Part shown: positions 9,961 through 20,403 of the stretch, in pieces
How the letters are laid out: each line of letters begins with the position of its first letter
Numbering within the stretch: the stretch's first letter is position 1
Assembly (NCBI GenBank): GCA_963678065.2
Contig: CAXXVZ010000002.1
Span: 64,001-128,000, forward strand
Direction of reading: 5' to 3'
DNA length: 64,000 bases
DNA from: Treponemataceae bacterium
GTDB lineage: Bacteria; Spirochaetota; Spirochaetia; Treponematales; Rectinemataceae
The notes under the pieces: generated by a model
What the model saw: only the letters and a program-made list of their open reading frames with translations
Databases searched by the model: none
Told to the model about the DNA's origin: nothing
Program-made: the position numbers and the translations under genes

Positions 9961-10254
9961 ATGAATATCGACGTTCGTTCCGTGCATTTCGACCTGGGTG
10001 AGGCAAGTACAGCATACCTGAACAGCAAACTCGAGAGGATCGAGTACGCGAAGGACATGATCGTCGATCTCATTTTCGTTTTCACGAAGGACGCCAAGAA
10101 TTATAAAATCGAAGCCACGGTAAATTTCCGTTGGGGCATACGCGCCCACGTCGAGGAGGATTCCTTCGACATCACCTCCGGCATCGACAAGATGTTCGAC
10201 CGGCTGGAACAGAAAATCACGAAAGAAAAAGAGAAAGTCCAGGAAAAGAAATAG
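9961..10254 (+). CDS. hpf: Ribosome hibernation factor (HPF/RaiA, short form)
   Basis: MNIDVRSVHF...KLERI...IDKMFDRLEQKITKEKEK; downstream of rpoN; AGGAGG RBS. Confidence 0.9.
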   Translation: MNIDVRSVHFDLGEASTAYLNSKLERIEYAKDMIVDLIFVFTKDAKNYKIEATVNFRWGIRAHVEEDSFDITSGIDKMFDRLEQKITKEKEKVQEKK

Positions 10255-10297
10255 GACGACCGCGACCGGAAGGGGCCCCCGGCGGCCTCTTCCGGCA

Positions 10298-10326
10298 TTT
10301 ACGATATCCCCGCTTCGTAGTACACT
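10298..10326 (+). promoter_or_regulatory. Sigma70-type promoter directly before hprK
   Basis: TTTACG-N17-TACACT, 8 nt before ATG 10335. Confidence 0.5.
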
Positions 10327-10334
10327 TCCGCGTG

Positions 10335-11330
10335 ATGGACGCAAGCACCCCTAAGCAATTCACCGTTCTGGACCTTCTCGACCTCGACCTCAAGGAACAG
10401 AGTTCCCTCAACATACGCTGTGTGGCCGGACGCTCCGGGCTCTCGCGCGAGATAACGATTCTCGACCTCAACAGACCGGGACTCGCCCTCATGGGTTTCT
10501 ACGAAGCCTTCGCCTGGCAGAGGCTCCAGATTTTCGGCCGGGGCGAGTCGGCCTGCCTCTCAAGACTCACTGCCGAAAACCAGCTGGGAGTGCTGGACCG
10601 CCTCTTCTCCTACGAGATGCCCTGCTGCATCTTCACGAACGACCTCGTTCCCGACAAACACTTCCTCGCCGCGGCTGACGCCGCAAACTGCCCCATCCTC
10701 GTGACGGACCTCTCCACGAGCGAGTTTTCCGTCCGCGTCATCCGGATACTCTCGGACATCTTCGCCCCCCGCGCCACCTTTCACGGCGTCCTCGTCGAAG
10801 TTTACGGAATCGGCATCCTCCTCATGGGCGAATCGGGAGTCGGGAAGAGCGAAACCGCACTCGAACTCATCGAGAGGGGACATCGCCTCGTCGCCGATGA
10901 TGTCGTCGATATACGCTGCATAAATGGTTCCATCATAATGGGACAGGGCGCCAACAAGGTCATCGGACACCACATGGAGATCCGGGGCCTCGGCATCATC
11001 AACATCACGCACCTCTTCGGAGTCGGCGCCATCCGCGACAAGAAACAGATCCAGCTCGTCTGCCAGCTCGAGGACTGGGACCCGGAAAAGGTCTACGACA
11101 GGATAGGCACCGACGAAATGACGACGGAGATCCTCGGAGTCAGGGTTCCCAAACTCGAGATTCCGGTAAAGCCCGGCCGCAACATACCGATCATCATCGA
11201 GACGGCGGCCATGAACGAGCGGCTCAAGAAAATGGGCTACCATTCGGCCCAGGAATTCAATCAGAACGTGCTCAGATGGCTCGAGAGTGAAAACGCGAGG
11301 ACCATGTATTTCAACCGCGACGACAGCTGA
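10335..11330 (+). CDS. hprK: HPr kinase/phosphorylase
   Basis: NRPGLAL, HGVLVEV, GESGVGKSE, LVADD, MEIRGLGII, PVKPGRN. Confidence 0.97.
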   Translation: MDASTPKQFTVLDLLDLDLKEQSSLNIRCVAGRSGLSREITILDLNRPGLALMGFYEAFAWQRLQIFGRGESACLSRLTAENQLGVLDRLFSYEMPCCIFTNDLVPDKHFLAAADAANCPILVTDLSTSEFSVRVIRILSDIFAPRATFHGVLVEVYGIGILLMGESGVGKSETALELIERGHRLVADDVVDIRCINGSIIMGQGANKVIGHHMEIRGLGIINITHLFGVGAIRDKKQIQLVCQLEDWDPEKVYDRIGTDEMTTEILGVRVPKLEIPVKPGRNIPIIIETAAMNERLKKMGYHSAQEFNQNVLRWLESENARTMYFNRDDS

Positions 11331-11352
11331 TCGGCCGGTGCAGGAGACAACG

Positions 11353-11628
11353 ATGACAGAAGTGATGGTCACAATCAGGAACAGGGCGGGAATCCATGCC
11401 CGGCCTTCGGCGATACTCGTGCAGACGGCCACAAAGTTCGCCTCGCGGATATGGCTCGAAAAGGCCGGCGACAGGATCAACGCGAAATCGATCATGGGAA
11501 TCATCACTCTCGGGGCGAGCTACGGCACGCCCATAAAGATAATCACGGAGGGCGCGGACGAAGTCCAGGCGGCCGGGGCCATCCAGGCCCTGTTCGATTC
11601 GGGATTCGAAGAGGAATTGGGCGCCTGA
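11353..11628 (+). CDS. ptsH: Phosphocarrier protein HPr
   Basis: GIHARP (His15) and NAKSIMG (Ser46); AGGAG RBS. Confidence 0.96.
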   Translation: MTEVMVTIRNRAGIHARPSAILVQTATKFASRIWLEKAGDRINAKSIMGIITLGASYGTPIKIITEGADEVQAAGAIQALFDSGFEEELGA

Positions 11629-11698
11629 CCACTTGCGCAGCTCCCGAGACGGTGGAGTATACTTTACGCATAATAAGCGGAATTGAGAGGACGGACCG

Positions 11699-12298
11699 GT
11701 GAAGACCCTGACGGACAGACAGAGCGAAGTTCTCGACTTCATCGCCTCCTATGTGGAAAAACACTCCTACCCTCCGACTATCCGCGAGGTGGCGGAACAT
11801 TTTTCCGTTTCTGTCAAAGGAGCCTACGACCACGTCAAGGCTTTGGAGAAAAAGGGCTACCTCCGCATCGGCGAAAACCGCTCCCGCGCCATCGAGATCC
11901 TTCACCGCGACAAGATCGATCCGAGCGTGACCGACCTGCCCCTCCTCGGGACGGTCGCGGCCGGACGCCCCATTCTCGCGGAAGAGAATTTCTCCGGTTT
12001 CGTGCGCGTCCCTTCGGAGATGACCCGCCCGGGCACATCCTTCGCCCTCTCCGTCAGAGGAGACAGCATGAAGGATGCCGGGATTTTCAACGGGGATATC
12101 GCCGTCATAGAGCAGAGCCAGATAGCGGAAAACGGCGAGATCGTCGTCGCCATGATCGACGACTCGGTGACTCTCAAGCGCTTCTTCCGCGAGAACAACC
12201 GCATTAAGCTCGTCGCCGAAAATCCCGCCTACGCCCCCATCTATACCCAGGACGTAAAAATTCTGGGGCGCCTCAAGGGCATCATCCGCACCTACTGA
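11699..12298 (+). CDS. lexA: SOS repressor LexA
   Basis: YPPTIREVA HTH, VAAG cleavage site, GDSM and TLKR catalytic Ser/Lys. Confidence 0.96.
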   Translation: MKTLTDRQSEVLDFIASYVEKHSYPPTIREVAEHFSVSVKGAYDHVKALEKKGYLRIGENRSRAIEILHRDKIDPSVTDLPLLGTVAAGRPILAEENFSGFVRVPSEMTRPGTSFALSVRGDSMKDAGIFNGDIAVIEQSQIAENGEIVVAMIDDSVTLKRFFRENNRIKLVAENPAYAPIYTQDVKILGRLKGIIRTY

Positions 12299-12309
12299 GG
12301 TCAGAAGAG

Positions 12310-13317
12310 GTGAACCCAGTCCCGGCCTACGTCCTCGCGGGCCCCGAAATCGGCAAACGGAGCGCCTTCATAGCCGAAATCCGCCAGGCTCTCGCAAAAA
12401 ATTCCGGACAGGACCCCGAGATCCACAAACTCTACGCGGCCGATACTCCGGTCTCCGAGCTCCTCCTCCTCCTCAGAAACGGGTCCCTCTTCTCCTCCGG
12501 GAGGCTCGTGGAGTACCGCGGGGCGGAGACCGTGAAGGCGAAGACCGAGCTCGCCGAGCTCAAGGCATATCTCGCCTCCCCCGCCGGAGACGCCGTCATC
12601 CTCTTCGTCACCGACACCTTCTCCGTGGAGAAATCCCTCGAGGAAGCGGTGGGGAAGGAAAACAAGAAGACCTTCTTCGAGATGTTCGAAAACGAGAAAA
12701 ACCGCTGGGTACAGTCCAGACTGGCGGCTTCGGGCCTCTCCATAGACGACGCGGGCATCGAAACCCTCCTCGAGCTGGTCGAAAACGAGACCGGCGCGCT
12801 GGAAGCCGCCTGTCTGGGTCTCGCCGCGGGATTTCCCCCGGGCTCGAATCTTGGGGAAGCCGAGGTGGAGGCCGCGGTCGCGCGCAATCGCAGGGAGGAT
12901 TCCTTCAGCCTCTTCGAGAGAATCGCGACCTCCGACCCGGAAACCGCACTCTCCGTTCTGGAGGCAGTCCTCGCCGACCGTCAGGGCGGGGCCGTCCCGA
13001 TCCTCTCGGCCCTCACCTGGAGTTTCCGCAGACTGCACAAACTCCACACGGCCTGCGCAGAGGGCATCCCTTTCGAAGCGGCCTGCCTCAGGCTCGGCAT
13101 CAGGGGCAGGACCGTACAGAAGCAGAGCCAGACGGCCATGAAACGGTACTCGCTCGCGGACTGCGAACGGATTATCCGCCTCATCTCCTCCATCGACGGG
13201 CTTGTCAGGTCGATGGGGACGATTTTCGAGCGCACCCTCCTGCAGCTCCTCGTCTACGGGGTCATGGTCCGCAAGGGCGCGATCGATCCAGCCGCGCCGG
13301 TCGGTGCATTCTTGTAA
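12310..13317 (+). CDS. holA: DNA polymerase III subunit delta
   Basis: YVLAGPE, NGSLFSSGRLV, size and context. Confidence 0.85.
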   Translation: MNPVPAYVLAGPEIGKRSAFIAEIRQALAKNSGQDPEIHKLYAADTPVSELLLLLRNGSLFSSGRLVEYRGAETVKAKTELAELKAYLASPAGDAVILFVTDTFSVEKSLEEAVGKENKKTFFEMFENEKNRWVQSRLAASGLSIDDAGIETLLELVENETGALEAACLGLAAGFPPGSNLGEAEVEAAVARNRREDSFSLFERIATSDPETALSVLEAVLADRQGGAVPILSALTWSFRRLHKLHTACAEGIPFEAACLRLGIRGRTVQKQSQTAMKRYSLADCERIIRLISSIDGLVRSMGTIFERTLLQLLVYGVMVRKGAIDPAAPVGAFL

Positions 13318-13411
13318 TACCGGCATTCAATAAGGTACTATCAGCCTTCAAGGCCCAGCCGGAGCTTTGCAACCGCAGGACACGGCCGGAAACGGGCCAA
13401 AGGAACACAGC

Positions 13412-14599
13412 ATGTCCGGTACAGTGCGCCGCGTGGAACTCAAAAACCGAACCATCATTCTCGCCGGAACGGCCCACATCTCCCAGGAAAGCATCGAGGA
13501 AGTCACAGCCCTCATCGAGACCGAGAGACCCGGCCGGGTCTGCGTCGAGATCGACGCCACCCGATGGCGCTCCATGAACGAGGGCGGAAGCTGGGAAAAA
13601 CTCGACATCGGCAAGGTCCTCAAGGAAGGCCGCGGTTTCTTTCTCATGGCGAATCTCGCCCTCTCGGGTTTCCAGAGGCGCATGGGTTCCGGGCTGGGCG
13701 TCAAGCCCGGAGAAGAGATGCTCGCCGCGATCAGAACGGCGGAATCCCTCGGTATCCCCTATTCTTTCTGCGACCGCGACATACAGATTACCCTCAAACG
13801 CGCCTGGGCCAAATCAGGCCTCTGGAACCGGTCCAAGCTCCTCGCAAGCCTCGTCAGCTCCTCCTTCTCCAACGAAAAGCTGACCGAAGAGGAGATCGAA
13901 AAACTCAAGGAGCGCAGCGAGCTCGAGCAGATGATGGGCGAGCTCGCGGACTTCCTGCCCTCGGTCAAGACCGTCCTCATCGACGAGCGCGACCGCTACC
14001 TCGCGAGCAAGATATACGAATCCCGGGAGGAACTCGTCGTCGCCGTAGTCGGGGCGGGACACCTCAATGGCATCGAGGAGTGGCTTTGCAAGCTCGACGC
14101 GAGTCAGGATGTCCAGGCCGCCTGCGAGGTCTCGGACATCAACTTTGTCCCGCCCCCCTCCGCCCTCGCAAAGGCCGCAGGCTGGCTCATACCGGCTGCC
14201 ATAATCGGCCTCATCATCCTCGGATTCTTCCGTTCGGGTACCCAAGCCAGCCTCGCCATGCTCCTGCGATGGGTCCTCCTTAACGGCTCGCTCGCGGCCC
14301 TCGGTTCGGCCCTCTGCCTGGCCCATCCTCTGACCATTCTGCTTTCCTTCGTCTCCGCGCCCCTCGCGACCCTCAACCCCTTCGTAGGCGTCGGCCTCTT
14401 TGCAGGTCTTTCGGAAGCCTTCTTGCGGAAACCGACGGTGCGCGACCTCGAGGCCCTGACCGAGGATATCTCCACCATCAAAGGTTTCTACAGAAACAGA
14501 GTCACCCACATCCTCCTCATATTCTTCCTTTCGAGCTTCGGAGGGATGATCGGCAACTTCATCGCCCTGCCCTTCCTGGCTTCGGGCGCCCTTCACTGA
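13412..14599 (+). CDS. TraB/PrgY (TraB/GumN) family membrane protein
   Basis: GTAHIS, CVEIDxx[26 protein letters not shown]-terminal TM helices. Confidence 0.92.
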   Translation: MSGTVRRVELKNRTIILAGTAHISQESIEEVTALIETERPGRVCVEIDATRWRSMNEGGSWEKLDIGKVLKEGRGFFLMANLALSGFQRRMGSGLGVKPGEEMLAAIRTAESLGIPYSFCDRDIQITLKRAWAKSGLWNRSKLLASLVSSSFSNEKLTEEEIEKLKERSELEQMMGELADFLPSVKTVLIDERDRYLASKIYESREELVVAVVGAGHLNGIEEWLCKLDASQDVQAACEVSDINFVPPPSALAKAAGWLIPAAIIGLIILGFFRSGTQASLAMLLRWVLLNGSLAALGSALCLAHPLTILLSFVSAPLATLNPFVGVGLFAGLSEAFLRKPTVRDLEALTEDISTIKGFYRNRVTHILLIFFLSSFGGMIGNFIALPFLASGALH

Positions 14600-14655
14600 C
14601 AGAAACCCTGCGCACGACTTGTCCGGCTCCGGATGCCGGACGCAGACGATCGACG

Positions 14656-14696
14656 ACCCCGCGGCGAGCTGCGGGGTATGTAACCCACTTCCGGAC
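14656..14696 (+). repeat. REP-like palindromic element, copy 1
   Basis: ACCCCGCGGCGAGCTGCGGGGTATGTAACCCACTTCCGGAC; 31/41 ungapped identity to 24108-24148. Confidence 0.6.
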
Positions 14697-14708
14697 AAGG
14701 AGCTCTCA

Positions 14709-15194
14709 ATGGAAAAATGCCCCTGCGGCTCCGGCCGCGCCTATGACGAGTGCTGCGGCCCATACATAGCGGGCAGCCTCGCCGCCCCGACGGCCGAAGC
14801 GCTGATGCGCAGCCGCTACACAGCCTACGTCAAATCCAAGGTCGACTATATCGTCTCCACCTGCGTCGAGACCGAGGGCATCGACCTCGACTCCACCCGG
14901 AAATGGAGCGAGAAATCGAACTGGCTCGGCCTGAAGATTCACAGGACTGCGAAGGGCGGAGTGGATGACACGGCGGGCGAGGTCGAGTTTTCGGCCACCT
15001 ACGTGCTGGACGGGCTGCGGGAGGAGCACCGCGAGATCGCGAAGTTCGAGAAGAAGGATGGTCGCTGGCTCTACTCGGAAGGCGAAGTCGTTCCGCAGAC
15101 CGTCGTGCGCGAAGGCCCCAAGGTCGGACGGAACGATCCCTGCCCCTGCGGTTCGGGGAAAAAGTACAAGAAGTGCTGTGGCGCGGGGACTTGA
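14709..15194 (+). CDS. ychJ: YchJ family SEC-C motif protein
   Basis: [22 protein letters not shown]-terminal [18 protein letters not shown]. Confidence 0.93.
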   Translation: MEKCPCGSGRAYDECCGPYIAGSLAAPTAEALMRSRYTAYVKSKVDYIVSTCVETEGIDLDSTRKWSEKSNWLGLKIHRTAKGGVDDTAGEVEFSATYVLDGLREEHREIAKFEKKDGRWLYSEGEVVPQTVVREGPKVGRNDPCPCGSGKKYKKCCGAGT

Positions 15195-15218
15195 GTCCCG
15201 CGTCGCCCCGGAGTCACT

Positions 15219-16874
15219 TCAGCCCTTGTCGGCCTTTTCGATCATCTCGAGCAGGGCCGGCATGAGCTGCTTCTTGCGCGAGAGCAGGTCTTTGAGGACA
15301 TGAACCCCGGGTTCGACCCGCGGATAGCTGATGTAGGGTAGAAAGTCCCTGTCAGCCTCGACGAAGAGCAGGCTCGACAGCTCGTTTATGTCCGTGACCA
15401 TGAGCGCGGAGAGGTAGTATCCTTTCGCCATCCTGTGGCTCGCGAGGCTCGCGAGTATCTCTTCCCGCCTCGCCATGATTCCTGCGGTTCCCGCCACCTC
15501 GATCTGGCTCACGGAAATGCGCTTGTCGAAGGCGCTGTACTCTTTCATGTCCATGCCGACGATCTCTTCCGTCGGGCGTCTGGCAGCCTCCGAAGCCGAG
15601 GCCATGAGGTCCGTCCCGAGCGCCTGGATGTCGAGGTCGGTTATGCTCGCGAGGTACTCGGCGATGTCCCTGTCCACATCCGTCGCGGTCGCCGACTGCA
15701 GGACGATGGTGTCGGAGAGGATTCCGCACAGCAGGATCGATGCCAGAGGCTTGGGAAGCGGAGTCCGGGTCTCGCGGAACATCGAGGCGACGATCGTGCT
15801 CGTGGAGCCGACGACACGGTTTATGAAGGTGATGGGATAGCTCGTCGAGAAGGAGCCGAGCCGGTGGTGGTCGATCACCTCGAGGACACGGTAGTGCTCG
15901 ACCCCGTCTATGGCCTGCGAAAACTCGTTGTGGTCCACCATGATGAGCTCGATGTTGGCATCGCGGATGAGATCGCCCTCGGTCAGGATGCCGACGACGC
16001 GTCCATCCTCGTCGATTACGGGCACGGAGCGGCTGGGGGAATCGGTGATGGCCTTTCTGGCTCTTTTTATGAGGTCGAATCGGGAGACCGGCTTTATAGT
16101 CTCGTCGCCCATTGTCCAGACCGGCGTCGAATAGATGGTGAGGAGAACGGTGCTCGAGGTATCGTAGGGAGAGACGAGGATGGAGACCCGCTTGCGCTCG
16201 GCCAGCTCCCGCAGTTCCTTGGACGGTATGGCGCCGTTGGTCACGATGAGAACCCGCACGCCGGCCTCGATGGCGATTTTCTGGGCCTCTTCGCGGTCGC
16301 CGACGAGGACGACCTTGTTGTCGGCCGGATCGGCGTTCATGTAGCGCTGGAAGGATTCCGTCGCGAGGGCGGCCACCACCATGCGCGCCTTGAAAAGTAC
16401 GCCCTCATCGAAGGTGACGAGGGCCTGCGCTTTTATCGTCTGGACGAGGTGTCCGACGCTCGTCGGAATGACAGCCTTCTTCTGCGGGTTCACCTTGGCG
16501 AGGATGTTCTGCGCGAAGGCGCCGTAGTGGAGCATCGACTTGTATCGTCCCTGGCTGTCGACGATGGGCAGGATCTTGCGGTCCGTCTCTCCCATGAGGC
16601 TGAGAGCTTCCCACAGGGGCGTGCTCTCAGAGACCGTCGCGTCCTCCCGCGTAAAGTAATAGTCGACCTTGGGAACGAGATCGGGGATGAACTCGGGCAG
16701 ATCGAGGCCGAAGCGGTCGAAAATGTACTCCGTCTGGGGATTGACGGCGCCGGCCCGGGCGGCGCGGACATTCTCCATGCCCAGGCGCCGCTTGAGCTCG
16801 GCATAGGCGGCCGCGGACACGACTGAATCGGTGTCGGGATTCTTGTGGCCAATGACGTAGACTGTCTTTTCCAT
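15219..16874 (-). CDS. ppaC: Mn-dependent inorganic pyrophosphatase with CBS/DRTGG insert (CBS-PPase)
   Basis: GHKNPDTDS, VDHNE, IDHH, ILSDT, SRKKQ; internal CBS pair and VGDR. Confidence 0.93.
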   Translation of the reverse strand: MEKTVYVIGHKNPDTDSVVSAAAYAELKRRLGMENVRAARAGAVNPQTEYIFDRFGLDLPEFIPDLVPKVDYYFTREDATVSESTPLWEALSLMGETDRKILPIVDSQGRYKSMLHYGAFAQNILAKVNPQKKAVIPTSVGHLVQTIKAQALVTFDEGVLFKARMVVAALATESFQRYMNADPADNKVVLVGDREEAQKIAIEAGVRVLIVTNGAIPSKELRELAERKRVSILVSPYDTSSTVLLTIYSTPVWTMGDETIKPVSRFDLIKRARKAITDSPSRSVPVIDEDGRVVGILTEGDLIRDANIELIMVDHNEFSQAIDGVEHYRVLEVIDHHRLGSFSTSYPITFINRVVGSTSTIVASMFRETRTPLPKPLASILLCGILSDTIVLQSATATDVDRDIAEYLASITDLDIQALGTDLMASASEAARRPTEEIVGMDMKEYSAFDKRISVSQIEVAGTAGIMARREEILASLASHRMAKGYYLSALMVTDINELSSLLFVEADRDFLPYISYPRVEPGVHVLKDLLSRKKQLMPALLEMIEKADKG

Positions 16875-17016
16875 GTCGGCTCCGTGGCGGCCGGTCTTCG
16901 TCGCCGCTCCGCGCCGCTCATTATATGATGATAATGCCGCGCCCACAATCTTGCGCGCGCCTTCGCTATGCAGGAATCGGACCTTCGGTATAGTATGCCA
17001 GCCGGAGAACACCGCA

Positions 17017-17592
17017 TTGATCCGACTCTACGCCTTTTTGGGAAACTATGGCCGCGAACACCGCGGCAACAGACACAATGTCGCCTGGCAGTTCCTGGAA
17101 TCCCTGCCCCTCTTCGGCGAACTCCGCTGGGACCGCAAATTCAAGGGCAGGTACGCTGCGCGCGAAACCGCCGCGGGCAGAATCTATTTCCTCATGCCCG
17201 AGACCTACATGAATCTCTCCGGCGACTCGGCCGCGGAGCTGATGCGTTTTTTCCAGATAGGACCCGGGGAAATTCTCGCCTTGCACGACGAGCTCGAGCT
17301 GCCTTTCGGAACTTTCGGCTTCAAGCAGGGCGGAGGCCTCGGCGGTCACAACGGGCTGCGCTCCCTCGAAGCGAGGCTCGGCACGCGCGACTTCGCGCGA
17401 ATGCGCTTCGGTATCGGCCGACCCGACCACAGCGACATCGCGGCCTATGTACTCTCCGATTTCAGCCAGGCAGAGCGCGAAGCTCTCCAGTGTTCGATAT
17501 TCCCGAAGGCCGCCTCGGCCCTCTCCATCTGCATGGACTCTGGATTCGACGAGGCATTGAGGAATTTCCAGAAAGTGAAGGCCCTGGACTGA
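17017..17592 (+). CDS. pth: Peptidyl-tRNA hydrolase
   Basis: LGN..NRHNV, PETYMNLSG, HDELEL, GGHNGLRS; TTG start after GGAG. Confidence 0.95.
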   Translation: MIRLYAFLGNYGREHRGNRHNVAWQFLESLPLFGELRWDRKFKGRYAARETAAGRIYFLMPETYMNLSGDSAAELMRFFQIGPGEILALHDELELPFGTFGFKQGGGLGGHNGLRSLEARLGTRDFARMRFGIGRPDHSDIAAYVLSDFSQAEREALQCSIFPKAASALSICMDSGFDEALRNFQKVKALD

Positions 17593-17603
17593 ATCCCGGC
17601 CCC

Positions 17604-17655
17604 TACCGGCTCCAAGCCGCGGCTCCAGGCCGCGGAACCAGTCCGCGAACCCGGG
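17604..17655. repeat. Degenerate 13-bp tandem repeat x4 between convergent pth and era
   Basis: TACCGGCTCCAAG CCGCGGCTCCAGG CCGCGGAACCAGT CCGCGAACCCGGG. Confidence 0.55.
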
Positions 17656-17672
17656 CCGAGTCCCGCGCGGGC

Positions 17673-18548
17673 CTAGAAAATCAGCTTTCCGAGACGATTC
17701 TCATCCTTTTTCCAGTCGGGATCGACCCGGACCTGGAGCTTGAGCCGAACGGGAAAGTCAAAAATCTCGTCGAGGTCGACCTCGGCCTCTTCCCTGATGA
17801 TCCTGATCATGGAGCCACCCTTTCCGATCAGGATGCCCTTCTGCGAATCCCGCTCCACCACAAGGTCGTACTCCGCGTTCAGCGTGCCGCCGGGCGTCCG
17901 GGAGGAATCGCGGTAGTCGACGAAGACGGCGTGGGGGAGCTCCTCCCTCGTGTGCAGCATGATCTTCTCCCGGATGATCTCGGCGATGCGGAACACAGGC
18001 TCCTGGTCGGTGTAATATTCCTCGGGATACCAGGCGGGACCTTCCTCGGCGCGGGCATACAGCTCGGAGAGAAGCTCCTCCAGGCCCGTCTTCTGCAGCG
18101 CCGATATCGCGAAAATCTTCGCGCCGGGGAAGCGGGAAGACAGGTATTCGACGCTCGCGGCCGGGTCGGAAGAGGGTGAATCCGTTTTGTTGAGCACGGG
18201 GATCACCTTGACGCTCACGCGGGCGAGCGCTGCGACGAGGGCGTCCTCCTCGGGGCCGGGCCTCCGCGTCGTGTCGACCATGTAGATGACGAGGTCAGCG
18301 TCGGAAAATGCGTCGACCGCGACATCGCGCAGTTTCTGGTTCAGCCGCTTCTCGGAAATGTGGAATCCGGGCGTGTCGAGGAGGACGAGCTGGCCCTCCG
18401 GCCTGTTCACGATGCCGCGCACGGCGTTCCGCGTCGTCTGGGGCACGGGCGATACGATGGATACCTTGCCGCCGCACAGGGCGTTCACGAGGGTGGATTT
18501 GCCGGTCGAAGGCCGGCCCGCGATTGCTACGAATGCCGATTTGGCCAT
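17673..18548 (-). CDS. era: GTPase Era
   Basis: GRPSTGKST, PQTTR, DTPG, NKTD, KH domain IGKGG. Confidence 0.97.
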   Translation of the reverse strand: MAKSAFVAIAGRPSTGKSTLVNALCGGKVSIVSPVPQTTRNAVRGIVNRPEGQLVLLDTPGFHISEKRLNQKLRDVAVDAFSDADLVIYMVDTTRRPGPEEDALVAALARVSVKVIPVLNKTDSPSSDPAASVEYLSSRFPGAKIFAISALQKTGLEELLSELYARAEEGPAWYPEEYYTDQEPVFRIAEIIREKIMLHTREELPHAVFVDYRDSSRTPGGTLNAEYDLVVERDSQKGILIGKGGSMIRIIREEAEVDLDEIFDFPVRLKLQVRVDPDWKKDENRLGKLIF

Positions 18549-18693
18549 AGTTGCTCCCGATAATGATGTGGAGAGAGTGCTCTCCTGATACATGTCTGCG
18601 GCGCGGAAGGCCTTTGGGCCCGCGACGCCGTCCTGCGCGATTGCCGGATCGAGGGAAACAGGAGGTTTTCGCCAATCCGGCATGCGGCGACCT

Positions 18694-20196
18694 TCAGCCT
18701 TCCCCGCGGTATACCTCGGGAGGAGTGAGGCCTGTCCAGATGCGGAACTGCTCGGCCGCCTGATAGCAGAGCATGGGATAGCCGTTGCAGACCCGGCACC
18801 CCGCCTTTTCCGCCCGCGTGAGCAGTTCGGTGCGCTCAGGCCTGTACACGAGATCGAAAACAGCCTCATGGCCCTGGAATTCGTACCAATCCAGCGGGTC
18901 TCCCGGAGTTCCGCCCGTCATGCCGACGCTCGTAGCCTGCACGATGAGGTCCGCATGGTCGGCGACGAGGTCGAGGGAGCGGTCGTCGCAGGGGCCCCAC
19001 CGGAAGCCATAGCGGTTCGCGAGGGATTTTGCCTTGGAAACACTCCGGTTGAGTATGACGCAAGAAGCTCTGTTCCGGGAAAGAACCAGGGCGACAGACT
19101 TTGCGGCGCCTCCTGCGCCGACAAGGGTGACGCGCATGCCATCGAGACTGTCCCGTCCGAGAAATTCGAGGAGGCTCCGTTCAAAGCCCGACGCGTCAGT
19201 GTTGAATCCCTCCCAGCCTGAGTCCGTCTTCAGGATCGTGTTGCAGGCCCCGATGTCGTCGACCTCGGAGGAGGTGCGGCAGAGGTAGGGTATGATGGCT
19301 TCCTTGAGGGGTACCGTGACCGCCGCTCCCCGCGCGCCGGCGGACTCTATCGCGTCGAAGAATCCCTTGGCGCTGTCCGAGGGGAAGGGAACGTAGACCG
19401 CGTCGATGCCGGCTTCCCTGAAGGCCTGGTTGTGGAGGGCGGGAGACTTGGAGCCGATTACGCTCCGGCCTCCGCCGAGGGCGTAGACTGTGGAATCCTT
19501 CGTCGTCTCGCGGCCCCGGTAGGTATCGGCGAACTTGTCCGGGTCGATGTGTCCCGGCGCGGCCGTGGGCATGCCGAAGGACAGGGCGCTCGAGTAGGAA
19601 AGCATGGATCCGAGCCGGGAGGAAAGTATCCGGGTGGGATAGCCGTAATCTCCCATGCCGACGACGATTCTGTCCCGCGGCGGAAGAGTCTTTGCCCAGG
19701 AGACCAGGCTTGCAAGATCTTCGGACCCCTGGGGAGTGACCGCCAGCTTCGGGATGACTCCCGGCTCGGAGGAGAGACCAGACCAGACCGCGTCGAGAGA
19801 GTCCGGCATGCCTTTGGGATAATATCTCGATCGGATGATGCGCGTCCCGAACACGCGACAGGCATCTTCGATGGAGGGAACGCGGAAATCATCCTCGAGG
19901 TCGACATAGGCAAAATTAGCCCGGTTGTCGGAGCGGGCGTAGGACAGGGCCTTGGCGATGATCACGAGCCTGACGCCCTCTCCCTCGTCGAAAATCCCGC
20001 AATCGACCCTGCGCCTGACGGTGAGGATAGCGGGCAGGCCTGCGAGGGCGGGGAAAGACCGCACGAGGAACTGCTCCTCGGGCTCGAGCCAGTCGACCCG
20101 GAGTTCGACGAGATCGACCTTGTTCCGGTAGCGTTCGAGCGCGGCAAGATTTTCCGCTATGGTTTTACCTGTTAGGCTGAGACAGACGGCCGCCAC
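18694..20196 (-). CDS. aroE: Type I 3-dehydroquinate dehydratase / shikimate dehydrogenase fusion (AroD-AroE)
   Basis: VELRVD, LTVRR, APGHI; then SKSPALHN, VTVPLKE, IGACNT, FNTD, VGAGGAA; GTG start after GGAGG. Confidence 0.9.
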   Translation of the reverse strand: MAAVCLSLTGKTIAENLAALERYRNKVDLVELRVDWLEPEEQFLVRSFPALAGLPAILTVRRRVDCGIFDEGEGVRLVIIAKALSYARSDNRANFAYVDLEDDFRVPSIEDACRVFGTRIIRSRYYPKGMPDSLDAVWSGLSSEPGVIPKLAVTPQGSEDLASLVSWAKTLPPRDRIVVGMGDYGYPTRILSSRLGSMLSYSSALSFGMPTAAPGHIDPDKFADTYRGRETTKDSTVYALGGGRSVIGSKSPALHNQAFREAGIDAVYVPFPSDSAKGFFDAIESAGARGAAVTVPLKEAIIPYLCRTSSEVDDIGACNTILKTDSGWEGFNTDASGFERSLLEFLGRDSLDGMRVTLVGAGGAAKSVALVLSRNRASCVILNRSVSKAKSLANRYGFRWGPCDDRSLDLVADHADLIVQATSVGMTGGTPGDPLDWYEFQGHEAVFDLVYRPERTELLTRAEKAGCRVCNGYPMLCYQAAEQFRIWTGLTPPEVYRGEG

Positions 20197-20403
20197 CTTT
20201 TTTCCTCCCCGGCCGGTCTCGCCAGGGGCGATCCGGACAGCATCAGTCTGCGCGCGGAAATGCTGCCAGGCGGCTCTTCCGTACACAGGCTAAATCTACC
20301 GGAAGGAGGCCACCTTGTCCATGAGATACCGAAATGGCTTGCGGATATGTCGTCTTTACGGCACAATGTAGCACTACGTTTCTGTATTCCCAAGGAGATC
20401 CAC

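Noticed and set aside
11629..11698. SOS box upstream of lexA
   Set aside because: No CTGT-N8-ACAG or GAAC-N4-GTTC; only a short AGTATACT palindrome, too weak to call.
13412..14599. TraB as a conjugation gene
   Set aside because: TraB/PrgY protease-like family in housekeeping context; no other transfer genes.
18549..18693. ncRNA between aroDE and era
   Set aside because: Imperfect GC hairpin only; no SRP, tmRNA or 6S signature.
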